From a virus (taxonomy: Duplodnaviria > Caudoviricetes): a DNA stretch of 64,000 bases. The stretch lies in the IMG/VR virus record IMGVR_UViG_2919425241_000002, positions 32,530 through 96,529 of that record; one strand, 5' to 3'. The notes under the pieces were generated by a model. That model was not told the origin of the DNA and made no database searches. It saw nothing but the letters and a program-made list of their open reading frames with translations. A program made the position numbers and the translations under genes. Of the stretch, positions 7,906 to 17,324 are shown piece by piece (within the stretch, counting starts at the first letter, position 1; the number at the start of each line of letters is the position of its first letter).

Positions 7906-8502
7906 TTAAGGCTGTACATCTTTCTCGCTTTCCTTCTTCTCCCGCTGCTTCTTATCAGGCTCTGATTCCTTATAAACCTCGATATCCAGCGCCAGAGCTA
8001 TCTTGTAGAAGGCTTTGTTTCGGATCTTCCTATAAAACGTCGCTCCGATCGGCGGATTAAAAACATGGTTGTATACGTTATAATCTGTGATGTATTCAGC
8101 ATCATCCGAGAGGTAACGACTTTCCATTAACAGCCGTTCCATCCGCGGCAGCCTCTTAACTGCGGCTTCCAACCTCTCGCAATGCTTTTTCCTTCTGGCT
8201 GGCTCATCAACATTGAAAATTGCTATGTTAGCGGTCTGATCACTGGTGACGTTTGTCGGTGAGCTCCTCGGCATATCAGAGTATGCAGCCGTGATTGTTG
8301 CTTCCCTTGACTCAAAATCCATGTGTTTGAACATGCGATATTCAGCTAAATATCTCTCAACAGCCTCTTTTGTTAAATCCCGATCGATCTCCTTTAAGAA
8401 ATCGTCACCTAAGCTTAATTGAGCCAAACAATCCAACTCCTTTTTACTGGAGCTATTCTCCGTTACATTTTTCTTCATTTCCGGCATTTTGCGTTGCATC
8501 AA
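7906..8502 (-). CDS. ArpU/RinA-family late transcription activator
   Basis: ITAAYSDMPRS...SDQT...AVKRLP..ER.L...RYL...DY.VY...FY.IR.KAFYKIALAL. Confidence 0.9.
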   Translation of the reverse strand: MMQRKMPEMKKNVTENSSSKKELDCLAQLSLGDDFLKEIDRDLTKEAVERYLAEYRMFKHMDFESREATITAAYSDMPRSSPTNVTSDQTANIAIFNVDEPARRKKHCERLEAAVKRLPRMERLLMESRYLSDDAEYITDYNVYNHVFNPPIGATFYRKIRNKAFYKIALALDIEVYKESEPDKKQREKKESEKDVQP

Positions 8503-8566
8503 GGACGGACTACTGCTTGGTTTGTTTAATCACCTATCTGTGATAATATTTTTGTGGGTGATTAAA

Positions 8567-8770
8567 ATGGATAAGAACCAAACTACTGATCGTGAATTAA
8601 ATAAATTCGTCCATGAACAATTGCAAATCCTCTGTGACTTAGGAATGAGCAAATACATTGATGCTGAAGATAAAAAATCATATGAAGCTGGTCTTGGTCT
8701 AGGACAAATGATTGGAACATTTTTGATTTTGTATGAACTGAAGAAGAAGTACGGCATTGATTACGAGTGA
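8567..8770 (+). CDS. Hypothetical accessory protein (MDKNQTT...)
   Basis: GGGTG RBS before ATG 8567; opposite strand to the operon. Confidence 0.5.
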   Translation: MDKNQTTDRELNKFVHEQLQILCDLGMSKYIDAEDKKSYEAGLGLGQMIGTFLILYELKKKYGIDYE

Positions 8771-8800
8771 ACATTTTAAAGGATAGGTCTTCTGCCTTTA

Positions 8801-8890
8801 ACACCATACCAATAAACGGAATATAATATTGCTGTAAGACTCCACCCCTTAGTCATTTAGCCGTTCCTGCCGGCTAGATGACTCTTTTTT
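8801..8890 (+). ncRNA. Candidate sRNA 1: promoter, C-rich ACTCCACCCCTT motif, terminator
   Basis: ACA-16-AATATAATA; 13-bp stem at 8851-8883 with T run; no ORF. Confidence 0.5.
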
Positions 8891-9307
8891 ATATCTTTAA
8901 AATGTAACGTATGTCATAATCAAATTGGGCCTGAGGAAATATTGCTTTGGGCTTTTAACTAATTCAATATTCAAGTAGTGCCATCAATCATTAATTGTTT
9001 ATCTTCAAGTCTGCGATACAATATTCATTAATTTCCAGCACTCCGGGCAGAATAGCCTTGGGGGTGAGCATTACCGTGAAATGTGTCTACTGCGAAAATA
9101 TCCAACAAATCAAAGGTACGAAGTATAAGTGTTACACTTGCTCTATAATTAACAATCGTAAGAGATAAGTGCCTTCGGGCACTTTTTTAAGTTCTTCAAT
9201 ATTCAAAACTTGTTCGTCAGACTTGAGCCCTTAAGGTAATTTCCAATATTTAGAATCATACACTGACTATAAAAAGAAACCTCACTTCGAATTAGGTTGG
9301 TGTCACT

Positions 9308-9559
9308 ATGAAGTACCGTTTATGCGAACTACCTGAGTTGTTGGAAATCCCCAGAACTACTATCAGAAATTGGTTAACTGTTTACCATGAATTCATACCC
9401 ACTGTCCAACAAGGGAAATCCACCTTTTATGCTAATGATGCTGTGTCTGTCTTAAGAAGGATTAGTTTTCTTCGAGAGCATTTATACTCACATTCAACTA
9501 TCAAGGAAATCTTACTGGAAGAAGGATATGAAACTGTAGATGAATCTTCCGTTATTTGA
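9308..9559 (+). CDS. MerR-type HTH protein
   Basis: ELPELLEIPRTTIRNW...FY....V..LRRI..LR..LYS..TIKE; SigE-like CATACACT at 9257-9264. Confidence 0.75.
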   Translation: MKYRLCELPELLEIPRTTIRNWLTVYHEFIPTVQQGKSTFYANDAVSVLRRISFLREHLYSHSTIKEILLEEGYETVDESSVI

Positions 9560-9658
9560 ATTTGTGTTTCACACTGCAATTTTTAAGTCCCTCAATATTC
9601 AAATTTTCCCTTATGCTCCGGACGCTACTGTTGGGGTAAGATAGGCATTATACTCATA

Positions 9659-9760
9659 GCACTTTACCACTTTCTGGAATATGTTATTGATGTAGGGCCA
9701 CATTATCTCATCCCCTTTTGGTTATTGAGCCATCCCCTTGCCGGTGGGGGTGGCTCTTTC
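9659..9760 (+). ncRNA. Candidate sRNA 2: promoter, C-rich TCTCATCCCCTTTT motif, terminator
   Basis: GCA-16-AATATGTTA; GC-rich stem at 9727-9756; promoter/start region similar to sRNA 1. Confidence 0.5.
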
Positions 9761-9868
9761 CAATGTTCCTTAATATTCATTGAATTACTTGCCTTACTCT
9801 GAAGACCTTTCTAATTTCTAATCAATTTCTAATGAATAACTTACCGGGGTTTTATCATATAGGGTCTG

Positions 9869-10081
9869 TTGCTTGGATATAAATTGAGTAGAAAGGAGAT
9901 GGTGACAATCCCTAATTCGATTCATCATATGGCATCTAAGCAAGACCTTATTGATATCATGCAGACATGTGCAGACCAACAACAATGGAGAGCTGCATTA
10001 AAGTTATTCGAACTGTTACAAAAGATGGAGAAGGATAATAAAAACGCTGTTCTAATAGAGATCAGATCCGCACCACCGTAG
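9869..10081 (+). CDS. Hypothetical accessory protein (start probably near 9899-9929)
   Basis: AAGGAG RBS; opposite strand to the operon. Confidence 0.5.
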   Translation: MLGYKLSRKEMVTIPNSIHHMASKQDLIDIMQTCADQQQWRAALKLFELLQKMEKDNKNAVLIEIRSAPP

Positions 10082-10108
10082 CCGTAGCACTTATATTTGT
10101 TTATTTAA

Positions 10109-10564
10109 TTATGTGACAACAGCCGCTTCGCCATTAATCTCTTTTTGCTTTAATCCCAGCTTATGCATCACATAGGTTAACTCAAGCTTATTTACGCCAA
10201 GTTTTTTAGCTAATTGCGTTCGACTCATTGTCGTATAGTTCTTTCTCAGAAACTGCAGCTTATCTTCACTTAACGAGAACTTAACCATCCCATTTAGTGT
10301 TTCATCTGGTTCGGTAAGCAAGGATACTACTGGAGGTTTCGGCTCTCTTTTCTCGACAATCTCATAAGATTGATCTGAGCAAAAGTACACAAAATTTCTC
10401 TTAGTTCCCTCACGCGTTATTAAACCAAGCTCGCGCATCTTTTTAATTCGGCTATGAGTTTTAGTTCCTTTGGGATCGTTGAATTCCTTAGTGATTTGCG
10501 CAACTGACTTCCCAGCCTTTAAACCTTCGAACACGACGGCTTCAGCAGCTAGTAGTTGTATCAT
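10109..10564 (-). CDS. Hypothetical protein with two HTH-like segments
   Basis: KSVAQIT...GLITR and MSRTQLAKKLGV. Confidence 0.6.
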   Translation of the reverse strand: MIQLLAAEAVVFEGLKAGKSVAQITKEFNDPKGTKTHSRIKKMRELGLITREGTKRNFVYFCSDQSYEIVEKREPKPPVVSLLTEPDETLNGMVKFSLSEDKLQFLRKNYTTMSRTQLAKKLGVNKLELTYVMHKLGLKQKEINGEAAVVT

Positions 10565-11095
10565 TCAATCGCCTCCTTGGAAGCTCTTAGTCGGGTTTGA
10601 TTGTCGGTATATCTCAACCCTAATCTTTTCTTCTGGAGCATAGGCATCGGTCCAGCCAACAGGCTTTTTGATTTTCCCTTGTTCATCTCGCTCAACCTTT
10701 CCATCCGGACCAACCTTACCCATATTCGCAGCATGCACAATGTCAAAGATAGGCTCAGGCTTAACACCCATTAGCGTGTATGTTCCAATTGCAAAGTAAA
10801 TCAAGTCCGCCAAAGCATCCACTTGATCTTCAATTGTCTTAGCTCGCATAAACTCGGTGAGTTCTTCAAGCATGTATGATGCTCGGTCAAGGACTGGGAA
10901 CGTTGCAGGGAAAGGACTATTCTCTGCATTAGTCCATGTTTTCGAAAACTTCTTCATGGATTTACACAGATCATCCATACGATTACCAAATAAAATGCTT
11001 GTTTCAACTTCTCGCCCCAACATCGTCGGTGTAGCCGGCATTTCAATTCCACATGCTGTGTGGAACTGCTTAACTTGTTCATATTGCTTATCCAT
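10565..11095 (-). CDS. MazG-like/PRA-PH nucleotide pyrophosphohydrolase
   Basis: VKQFH, EELTEF, DALADLIYF, VHAANMGK, GKIKKP. Confidence 0.85.
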   Translation of the reverse strand: MDKQYEQVKQFHTACGIEMPATPTMLGREVETSILFGNRMDDLCKSMKKFSKTWTNAENSPFPATFPVLDRASYMLEELTEFMRAKTIEDQVDALADLIYFAIGTYTLMGVKPEPIFDIVHAANMGKVGPDGKVERDEQGKIKKPVGWTDAYAPEEKIRVEIYRQSNPTKSFQGGD

Positions 11096-11106
11096 CGTTC
11101 ACTCTC

Positions 11107-11316
11107 CTATTCTGTTCTCTGGCTCCATAGCAGCCGAGCTACCATGCCGATCTTGTCAATATCGTGTACTGCTTGCCAGCCGCGTCCATCGATCCAGTAA
11201 TCAACCTCGGCCCATTTCTTGCCTTTGTGGTTCCACCTGAAGTTTGTTGCTCGATATGTCTTCCCGTGAATCACGATTTGAGGGAGTAGATATATTTCGA
11301 CTCGCTCTTTTTTCAT
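11107..11316 (-). CDS. Hypothetical phage protein
   Basis: ORF in operon. Confidence 0.6.
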   Translation of the reverse strand: MKKERVEIYLLPQIVIHGKTYRATNFRWNHKGKKWAEVDYWIDGRGWQAVHDIDKIGMVARLLWSQRTE

Positions 11317-11319
11317 GGG

Positions 11320-11571
11320 CTAGGACTCCACTGATACGAATTCAACAGCACTTAAACGTTCTGCAATTCTAATCATTTGTGAATGATGACCAAGACTTTC
11401 GTAAAATCCTCTGCAGCAAGTTTCCTTACCTGCAATAGTCGCTTTATGACACACAAAGTAAGTTTGTTCTTTACATATTTCTTTGAGTAAGTTGTCCCTG
11501 CGCTTATCTGAAACTATTTTGTTTGGGCTGAACAAGCATTGGTTGCAGCATTTATCCGATACCTGAAACAT
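11320..11571 (-). CDS. Cys-rich hypothetical phage protein
   Basis: CxxCLF...FVCHK...CRGF; GGGAGG RBS. Confidence 0.7.
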   Translation of the reverse strand: MFQVSDKCCNQCLFSPNKIVSDKRRDNLLKEICKEQTYFVCHKATIAGKETCCRGFYESLGHHSQMIRIAERLSAVEFVSVES

Positions 11572-11628
11572 GTTTGCGTCCTCCCTTGCCTTAATCGGTA
11601 GCCCCCGACTAGCAGGGGCATTGAAAGA

Positions 11629-12084
11629 TTACTCTTCGTCCAAGAACGTTAACGGGGCATCTTGATCCTCTTCCTCATCGGGATCCGGAGTAAAAGGAAG
11701 GTCGTCCTCAGACACCTCACTGTCCTCTTCTGGTAGATCTGGTTCCTCGTGGGCCTCATCTGATTCTAATTGCTCATTAACTTCTTCTGTTTGTTCCTCA
11801 ACATCGGATGATCCTTTCGTTTCCACATCGTCAATCGCCAGTTGATTTTCATCTTCCTTAACTGACTCAACAGCGCCGGAATTCGTAACAACCTGCAGTC
11901 CGCGTCGTGGTTCCAAGTAATCCCGGACTTCCATTTGGGAAATTCCAAGGGCCAGGTAAAACTCATCGCGCTGCTTCAGTTCGTTCAAATCATCGAGGCT
12001 CACGCTTGACGGTAGGCTCAAGACGATTTCTACACCTTTACCACTTGTAATTTTCTTAATAGAAGCTGTTGTTTTGATTGTCAT
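11629..12084 (-). CDS. Hypothetical protein with acidic C-terminus
   Basis: ORF in operon followed by a hairpin. Confidence 0.65.
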   Translation of the reverse strand: MTIKTTASIKKITSGKGVEIVLSLPSSVSLDDLNELKQRDEFYLALGISQMEVRDYLEPRRGLQVVTNSGAVESVKEDENQLAIDDVETKGSSDVEEQTEEVNEQLESDEAHEEPDLPEEDSEVSEDDLPFTPDPDEEEDQDAPLTFLDEE

Positions 12085-12106
12085 ATTGAATCACTCATCC
12101 TTTGGT

Positions 12107-12664
12107 TTATTTTTTATTTAAAACTGCTTCAACGACTTCAAGTTGATAAGGCATACGATCTATTTCTGGAAGCAAATTACGTGAACGATGAACATTCACA
12201 GCGATGCGAGCAATGATGTAAGCGTCAATGACGTTATCACTCTTGTGTGTGTATCCGAAGTGTTCCAGTACAGCTTGCTTCACGGCAGCTTTCTTCTCGG
12301 CATCCTTGAGCCTGCGATTCTTTCCGCCCTCTTTAACCCAACCGGTGACACCGACATATTTTTTTGTTTGCATCGGGTTAACGTCGTCAAAATCCAAGCG
12401 AGCCCTATGAATCATCGACCGGAGGCCTCCGTGAATCATCCCTGTTGTAATAGCCATTTGAGTGCTTACCGATGCTGATTCTATGACCACTTCGTCCTCT
12501 TTCTGAAGACGTTTGAAGAGCATATCTTCAAGGGAAACCAGCTGCGGGATACTCATTGCACCTGTTCCCTTACCTCTTAATTCTTCTTCTACGAGGACGT
12601 TCATGCACTCATCTAAAACGACAAATCCAGTTCGCGTAGCAGGATCAATTCCTACAAACCTCAA
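12107..12664 (-). CDS. RuvC-like Holliday junction resolvase
   Basis: VGIDP..RTG, VVIE, KK..G, DNVIDAY. Confidence 0.85.
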   Translation of the reverse strand: MRFVGIDPATRTGFVVLDECMNVLVEEELRGKGTGAMSIPQLVSLEDMLFKRLQKEDEVVIESASVSTQMAITTGMIHGGLRSMIHRARLDFDDVNPMQTKKYVGVTGWVKEGGKNRRLKDAEKKAAVKQAVLEHFGYTHKSDNVIDAYIIARIAVNVHRSRNLLPEIDRMPYQLEVVEAVLNKK

Positions 12665-12678
12665 CTCTTCTCATCCTT

Positions 12679-12915
12679 TCACTGCCGCTTTACTAACTTC
12701 GAATATGCTTCCCTTGCCTCTCGAACCAAAGGTTCTATCTGCAAATAATGCTGCCGGTGTTGATAGCTGAATTTATTAGCGTAGTAGTTCATCGTTTCAT
12801 GCCGGATTGTTAAATGATGCCCCGGGCACAAAGGGACAAAAGCCCACATTGCTCTTGCGACTGCTTTACAGTCCGGATACTTACATAGTGTTGGTGTTCT
12901 GAACATCGCTGTCAT
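12679..12915 (-). CDS. Small zinc-finger-like protein
   Basis: CxxxxC...LCxxH; AAGGAGG RBS. Confidence 0.6.
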   Translation of the reverse strand: MTAMFRTPTLCKYPDCKAVARAMWAFVPLCPGHHLTIRHETMNYYANKFSYQHRQHYLQIEPLVREAREAYSKLVKRQ

Positions 12916-13075
12916 GCTCGCTTCCTCCTTATCTTGGCTTGTTGAACTATGCTGTGAGCACTCTCACGCTTCCGTCGTTTTATCTCTTCAAGGGCAGCCA
13001 GCTTATGTTCCAAGCTGCATCCTTGGTCATTGAATGCAATTTCTGCGAGTTGATAATTCTTTGCTTCCCGCCACT

Positions 13076-13825
13076 TCATTGCGTCGTCACCGCCTTGCGT
13101 TCGGCAATCTCATCATCCGTAAGTCCCGAGTATGCGTAGTGGCAAGCCTCGATCGCTTCATATGGAGGAATCGCCAGCTTATCCATGGCACTCTTCACCG
13201 GACATCCACCGTTCTTCTCTGGTGATCCATCACACTCTTTGCAAGCAAATTGCAGAGTGGCAAGAGCCATGTTGAGAACGATATCCGTTTCTTCTTTGAC
13301 CGTTTCATTTCGCATCTCTGCATCTAGCGCTGCATTCTTCCTGACAATTTCCCGAGCCTCACGTTTATGCATTAAGCCAAACTTATAAACTTGGCTCTCA
13401 CGGTACAACGTTGCAGTTGTTTTCTGGTCCTTTTCTTTAACCCACTCATTAACAGCGTATGAGATCCACTCTTTTGCTTGTTCAATCGCATAGTTGGACA
13501 TCTGGGGCATTGTTGGAATCTTGGACATTGCGGCCGGCAGTTCATTCGCTAAGGCGAGAAGAACGATGAAGGCGTCTCGCTCAGCGCTGTTCATGTAAGG
13601 CTTCACCTTATGCTGAGCCAATTCAAACGTCTCTGTCTCCTCTACTAGCACCGTGTAATGGGCTCCGCAGAGTGAGTTTCCTGTTTTAGGATCAGAGAAG
13701 CTGCAGGCGAACTCCAGAGTTTTACGACGTTGTATAACCGGAATTTTGAGTATATTAGGATAAGAGCATTTCGGGCATTTGGAGCGATAATGGGTATGTT
13801 TTGCTGTAGGAGTTTGTTGTTCCAC
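13076..13825 (-). CDS. Hypothetical phage protein with N- and C-terminal Cys clusters
   Basis: CPKC...C...C and CKEC...CP...C; AAGGAGG RBS. Confidence 0.7.
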   Translation of the reverse strand: MEQQTPTAKHTHYRSKCPKCSYPNILKIPVIQRRKTLEFACSFSDPKTGNSLCGAHYTVLVEETETFELAQHKVKPYMNSAERDAFIVLLALANELPAAMSKIPTMPQMSNYAIEQAKEWISYAVNEWVKEKDQKTTATLYRESQVYKFGLMHKREAREIVRKNAALDAEMRNETVKEETDIVLNMALATLQFACKECDGSPEKNGGCPVKSAMDKLAIPPYEAIEACHYAYSGLTDDEIAERKAVTTQ

Positions 13826-14918
13826 TCGTGTTTGCCTCCTTTATTCCTTTGAAAATGTGGGAGATCACATCCACCGTCCATCCATTTCCGAGCATCTTGT
13901 AACGCTGTGTGTTGCTCACACAATCCGTGTAACCATCGGGAACAGTTTGGAGTCGTTCGCATTCCAAAGGTGTTATGTATCGATAGGCGAAATCCTCAGC
14001 CAACACACGCTCATAGTGTTCAAATGGAACAACAACGTTATCTTTTTGAACTGTTGTTAGACAATTAGACTTGCCGTCATTCCGGAACTCGATATACTGA
14101 ACTGTTTTCCCTTGACCATCTTTCCAATTCCCATCATCAATGTAACGGCCTCGCATAGCTGCAATGGCTTGTCTTTGAACACCATTTTCTATTCCGTTAT
14201 CTAAAATTCCGAAAAATCTCTGAGAGGAGTAGTTTTTATGATGTGACGCCTCAAGCATTTGCATTTTTTCGTGATCCTCATGAACCTTCAATACCTTTTG
14301 TTTTCTATATCCATGACGTTCCATCCATTGCAAAGCCTTTTCGGTGTAATAGTACCGTTCAGCTTCAACCCCTCGCTCTCTTACATCTCCCCATGTGATA
14401 CCTCTGTCCTCTGGTTGAACTAATCCAGGTATGTTCGTCCAATACAAACGAACTCGATTTTGAGCGGAAACAAGAGAGGAGTTAATAACTACCGGTTCTA
14501 CCCCGAGATATTTAGTGATGACTGCTTCGGATTCTTTTTTCATCTTCACGTTTTCGAGTAAGAAGTATTTCGGTTTCACTGTCTCCAATAGCCGAACATA
14601 TTCGAAAAACAATCGGCTACGAGGATCATCAAAGTTTAATAACTTACCTGCGAAGCTGAACCCTTGGCATGGGCTGCCACCTATCATTAAGTCAATCTTA
14701 GGAAGGTCGGAACATCTCACATTTCTTATGTCACCGATTTGGATAGTATCAGGATAGTTTGTTGTTGCCACTTTGATGGCGTGCGGGTCTATCTCACTCG
14801 CGAAATACTTTGATACCTTTATCCCAGCACGTTCTAAAGCTATACGACCACAACTCATTCCATCGAAAAGGCTAAGCACATTCATTCCATTTATCAGAGA
14901 GTTGGTGAGTGTATTCAA
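13755..14918 (-). CDS. DNA (cytosine-5)-methyltransferase
   Basis: LSLFDG, GGSPCQGFS, LLENV, QNRVR, ECERLQ, GNGW motifs. Confidence 0.92.
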   Translation of the reverse strand: MNTLTNSLINGMNVLSLFDGMSCGRIALERAGIKVSKYFASEIDPHAIKVATTNYPDTIQIGDIRNVRCSDLPKIDLMIGGSPCQGFSFAGKLLNFDDPRSRLFFEYVRLLETVKPKYFLLENVKMKKESEAVITKYLGVEPVVINSSLVSAQNRVRLYWTNIPGLVQPEDRGITWGDVRERGVEAERYYYTEKALQWMERHGYRKQKVLKVHEDHEKMQMLEASHHKNYSSQRFFGILDNGIENGVQRQAIAAMRGRYIDDGNWKDGQGKTVQYIEFRNDGKSNCLTTVQKDNVVVPFEHYERVLAEDFAYRYITPLECERLQTVPDGYTDCVSNTQRYKMLGNGWTVDVISHIFKGIKEANTSGTTNSYSKTYPLSLQMPEMLLS

Positions 14919-15214
14919 GAAACCACCCCTCTTTGTCGCAACACAATAAGATGCATCTCATTCTGCTGCCGAATAAACTCCTCAGCATATAAACCTACAT
15001 CTTCACCAACAAGAGTCTCCTTGCCAGCTGCCCGGACCATACTGACCAATCCTTGCCCAGATTCGAAGAATGCTTTCAGCGCTGCCTCTTTATCAACTGG
15101 CGGCTTGCATAGTTCATCGATCAGAGTGTCCAATGCTTCAAGCGTTTTGCGCCGCGCCTTCTCTTCGTCGTGACCTGTTTCTACGTTGCTGAATGTAATG
15201 GTGATGGATTTCAT
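14915..15214 (-). CDS. Hypothetical phage protein (MKSITITFS...)
   Basis: AAGGAGG RBS before the internal ATG. Confidence 0.6.
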   Translation of the reverse strand: MKSITITFSNVETGHDEEKARRKTLEALDTLIDELCKPPVDKEAALKAFFESGQGLVSMVRAAGKETLVGEDVGLYAEEFIRQQNEMHLIVLRQRGVVS

Positions 15215-15224
15215 AAAGCCTCCT

Positions 15225-15596
15225 TTACAGCCAGTCTGGAGTATCATCTTCCACCCTATCTGGCTGTTCATGTAATCCTGAGTTACTTTTAACTTCTGAT
15301 TTGATATTTTCCGTTACGTCATGGACAGACGTATCCCTTTGCTCTGTTTTTACATCTGCCACAACCCACCCAAGTTGCTCATAGATAGTTCGGACTCCCG
15401 GGTATTGCTTGCAGTACTGAGCCCGATCGTAAGCCTTCATGATGCGAACCATCTCATCATAAGCAGCAACTAAACGGGTTCTCTCTGCACTATCTGGCAT
15501 GTCTTCAATAACGATTGAGGCTTTAATGATCCTGCTTTGCATGAGTTGCCGTTCTTCATCATTCGTCACCTGATTAACCCTGCTCAATAACATCAC
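15225..15596 (-). CDS. Hypothetical phage protein
   Basis: ORF coupled to the helicase gene. Confidence 0.6.
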   Translation of the reverse strand: MMLLSRVNQVTNDEERQLMQSRIIKASIVIEDMPDSAERTRLVAAYDEMVRIMKAYDRAQYCKQYPGVRTIYEQLGWVVADVKTEQRDTSVHDVTENIKSEVKSNSGLHEQPDRVEDDTPDWL

Positions 15597-16971
15597 CCGC
15601 CTTTTCCTGGTGCGAGCGGTCTAGGTTGGCGAACTTTCCATATTGCTTTAGGAATGCAAGCTCTACAGTTCCCAACGGGCCATTACGATGCTTTGCAATG
15701 ATCATTTCAACAATGTTTTTCTTCGTGCTTTCCTTGTCGTAGTAATCATCCCGATAAAGAAAAGCTACAATGTCAGCATCTTGTTCAATGGAACCCGATT
15801 CTCTTAAGTCCGACATCATTGGACGCTTATCTTGCCTTTGCTCGACACCTCGGCTGAGCTGGGATAGGGCAATGACTGGGACATTCAAATCCCTTGCAAT
15901 CTGCTTCAGTTCTCTAGATATTTCCGATACTTCCTCTTGCCGGTTCCCTCTGCCTCCACCTTTGCTGCCATTACCTGAGATAAGCTGCAGATAGTCGATG
16001 ACGATCAAACCGAGACTTCCATGTTGCTTCACTAGTTCCCGACATTTCGCCCGGATGTCATGCACCGTAACAGTTGGTGTATCCTCGATAAAAATTCTCG
16101 CTTGTGCAAGTGAACTCATTGCCCCGCTCATCTTCTCCCAATCATCGCCTTCAAAAAATCCGGTTTTCATCTTCTCAGCATCGATATGTCCCTCAGTACT
16201 CATCATGCGCGTTACTAGCTGCTCTGCTCCCATTTCGAGGGAGAAGATTGCTACTACCTCATCGGCTGCTACACCTATCTTCTGAGCGATATTAAGGGCG
16301 AATGCTGTCTTTCCCACTGATGGCCGGGCAGCTAGAATGATAAGGTCAGATCGCTGGAGACCCTTTGTCATCTTATCGAGGTCATTAAAACCAGTGGGGA
16401 TGCCAGTTATCCCTTTTGACTCATGCCGGTTCTTATAACGTTCTTCTGACTGGTCCCATACATTGAGCAGAACCTTTCTAATTGGTTTGAACGTGGTGGC
16501 CGGCTTATCTTGTTCCCTGATCTTTGCAGCATACTTCTCAGCTTGGGAGGCGAACTCAGTTACGTCCTGATCCTGTACAGACTTATCAAGCAGGTCAGCT
16601 GCATATTCAATGGCTTGACGTTTACGGTGCATTTCCTTAATTCGTCTGATGTAGTGATCGACGTTGGATAACTTTCCGACAGCAGAGGCCAGGTTAGATA
16701 AGAATGTTACCCCGCCAACTGTTTGCAGCTTATTGGAGTCTTGTAGGCGTGATGTGAGTGTAATTAGGTCTAGCGGATCCTTAGCATCTACAACCTCTCC
16801 CATGGCTTTATAAACGGTTTTGAGAGCCGGATTAATGAACTCTTCACCATTCAATCTCTCACTGACCGACTCGAAAAGCGATGAGTTTACAAGGATCGCG
16901 CCGACAACCCCGTTTTCACTCGCCTCGTCATATGGCATATCGATACCGAGCGTGTCTATGATGTTTTTCAT
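15574..16971 (-). CDS. dnaB: Replicative DNA helicase (DnaB family)
   Basis: AARPSVGKTAF, FSLEM, IDYLQL, ALSQLSR, DLRESGSIEQDAD. Confidence 0.95.
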   Translation of the reverse strand: MKNIIDTLGIDMPYDEASENGVVGAILVNSSLFESVSERLNGEEFINPALKTVYKAMGEVVDAKDPLDLITLTSRLQDSNKLQTVGGVTFLSNLASAVGKLSNVDHYIRRIKEMHRKRQAIEYAADLLDKSVQDQDVTEFASQAEKYAAKIREQDKPATTFKPIRKVLLNVWDQSEERYKNRHESKGITGIPTGFNDLDKMTKGLQRSDLIILAARPSVGKTAFALNIAQKIGVAADEVVAIFSLEMGAEQLVTRMMSTEGHIDAEKMKTGFFEGDDWEKMSGAMSSLAQARIFIEDTPTVTVHDIRAKCRELVKQHGSLGLIVIDYLQLISGNGSKGGGRGNRQEEVSEISRELKQIARDLNVPVIALSQLSRGVEQRQDKRPMMSDLRESGSIEQDADIVAFLYRDDYYDKESTKKNIVEMIIAKHRNGPLGTVELAFLKQYGKFANLDRSHQEKAGDVIEQG

Positions 16972-17324
16972 GTTCCTTCACCTGCTATTCGCGCTCTGAC
17001 ATCTTTCCAGAAGTTATCCGGGGGCGGTTCATCCTTGGCAGACCATGAATCCAGCTGCAAGAAATGCATTTCCGTCTGAAGCCTCAATTGCTTATTTGTG
17101 TCGATCTTTCTTTTCTTCACGATGTCGGCAATATCAGGGAAGAATTTCTCGTTATCGATGTGGCGATTCAAATTTTCAAGTGCGACGATCGGATCAGTAT
17201 AAGCTAAGCGTTCAATCCAAATTTGCAAAGTTGCCGGACTGGCTTTAAAATCTGGCGCCTTATTCGGGTAGGCCGCGACCGCCTTCGCCAATAAGAGTCT
17301 GACTTCTTGTTCTGTCAATTGTTC
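16968..17324 (-). CDS. Helicase loader/inhibitor (G39P-like)
   Basis: Lies between initiator and helicase; AYP...W...L...KFFPDIADI; probable TTG start. Confidence 0.7.
   Translation of the reverse strand, partial: EQLTEQEVRLLLAKAVAAYPNKAPDFKASPATLQIWIERLAYTDPIVALENLNRHIDNEKFFPDIADIVKKRKIDTNKQLRLQTEMHFLQLDSWSAKDEPPPDNFWKDVRARIAGEGT

Larger units (their letters stand above)
8963..9780 (+). repeat. Dispersed direct repeats, consensus AAGTYCYTCAATATTCA
   Basis: Copies at 8963, 9019 (partial), 9189, 9585 and 9763. Confidence 0.7.

Noticed and set aside
8963-9780. CRISPR array
   Set aside because: Repeats are short and degenerate with irregular spacing (about 55-400 bp); no cas genes
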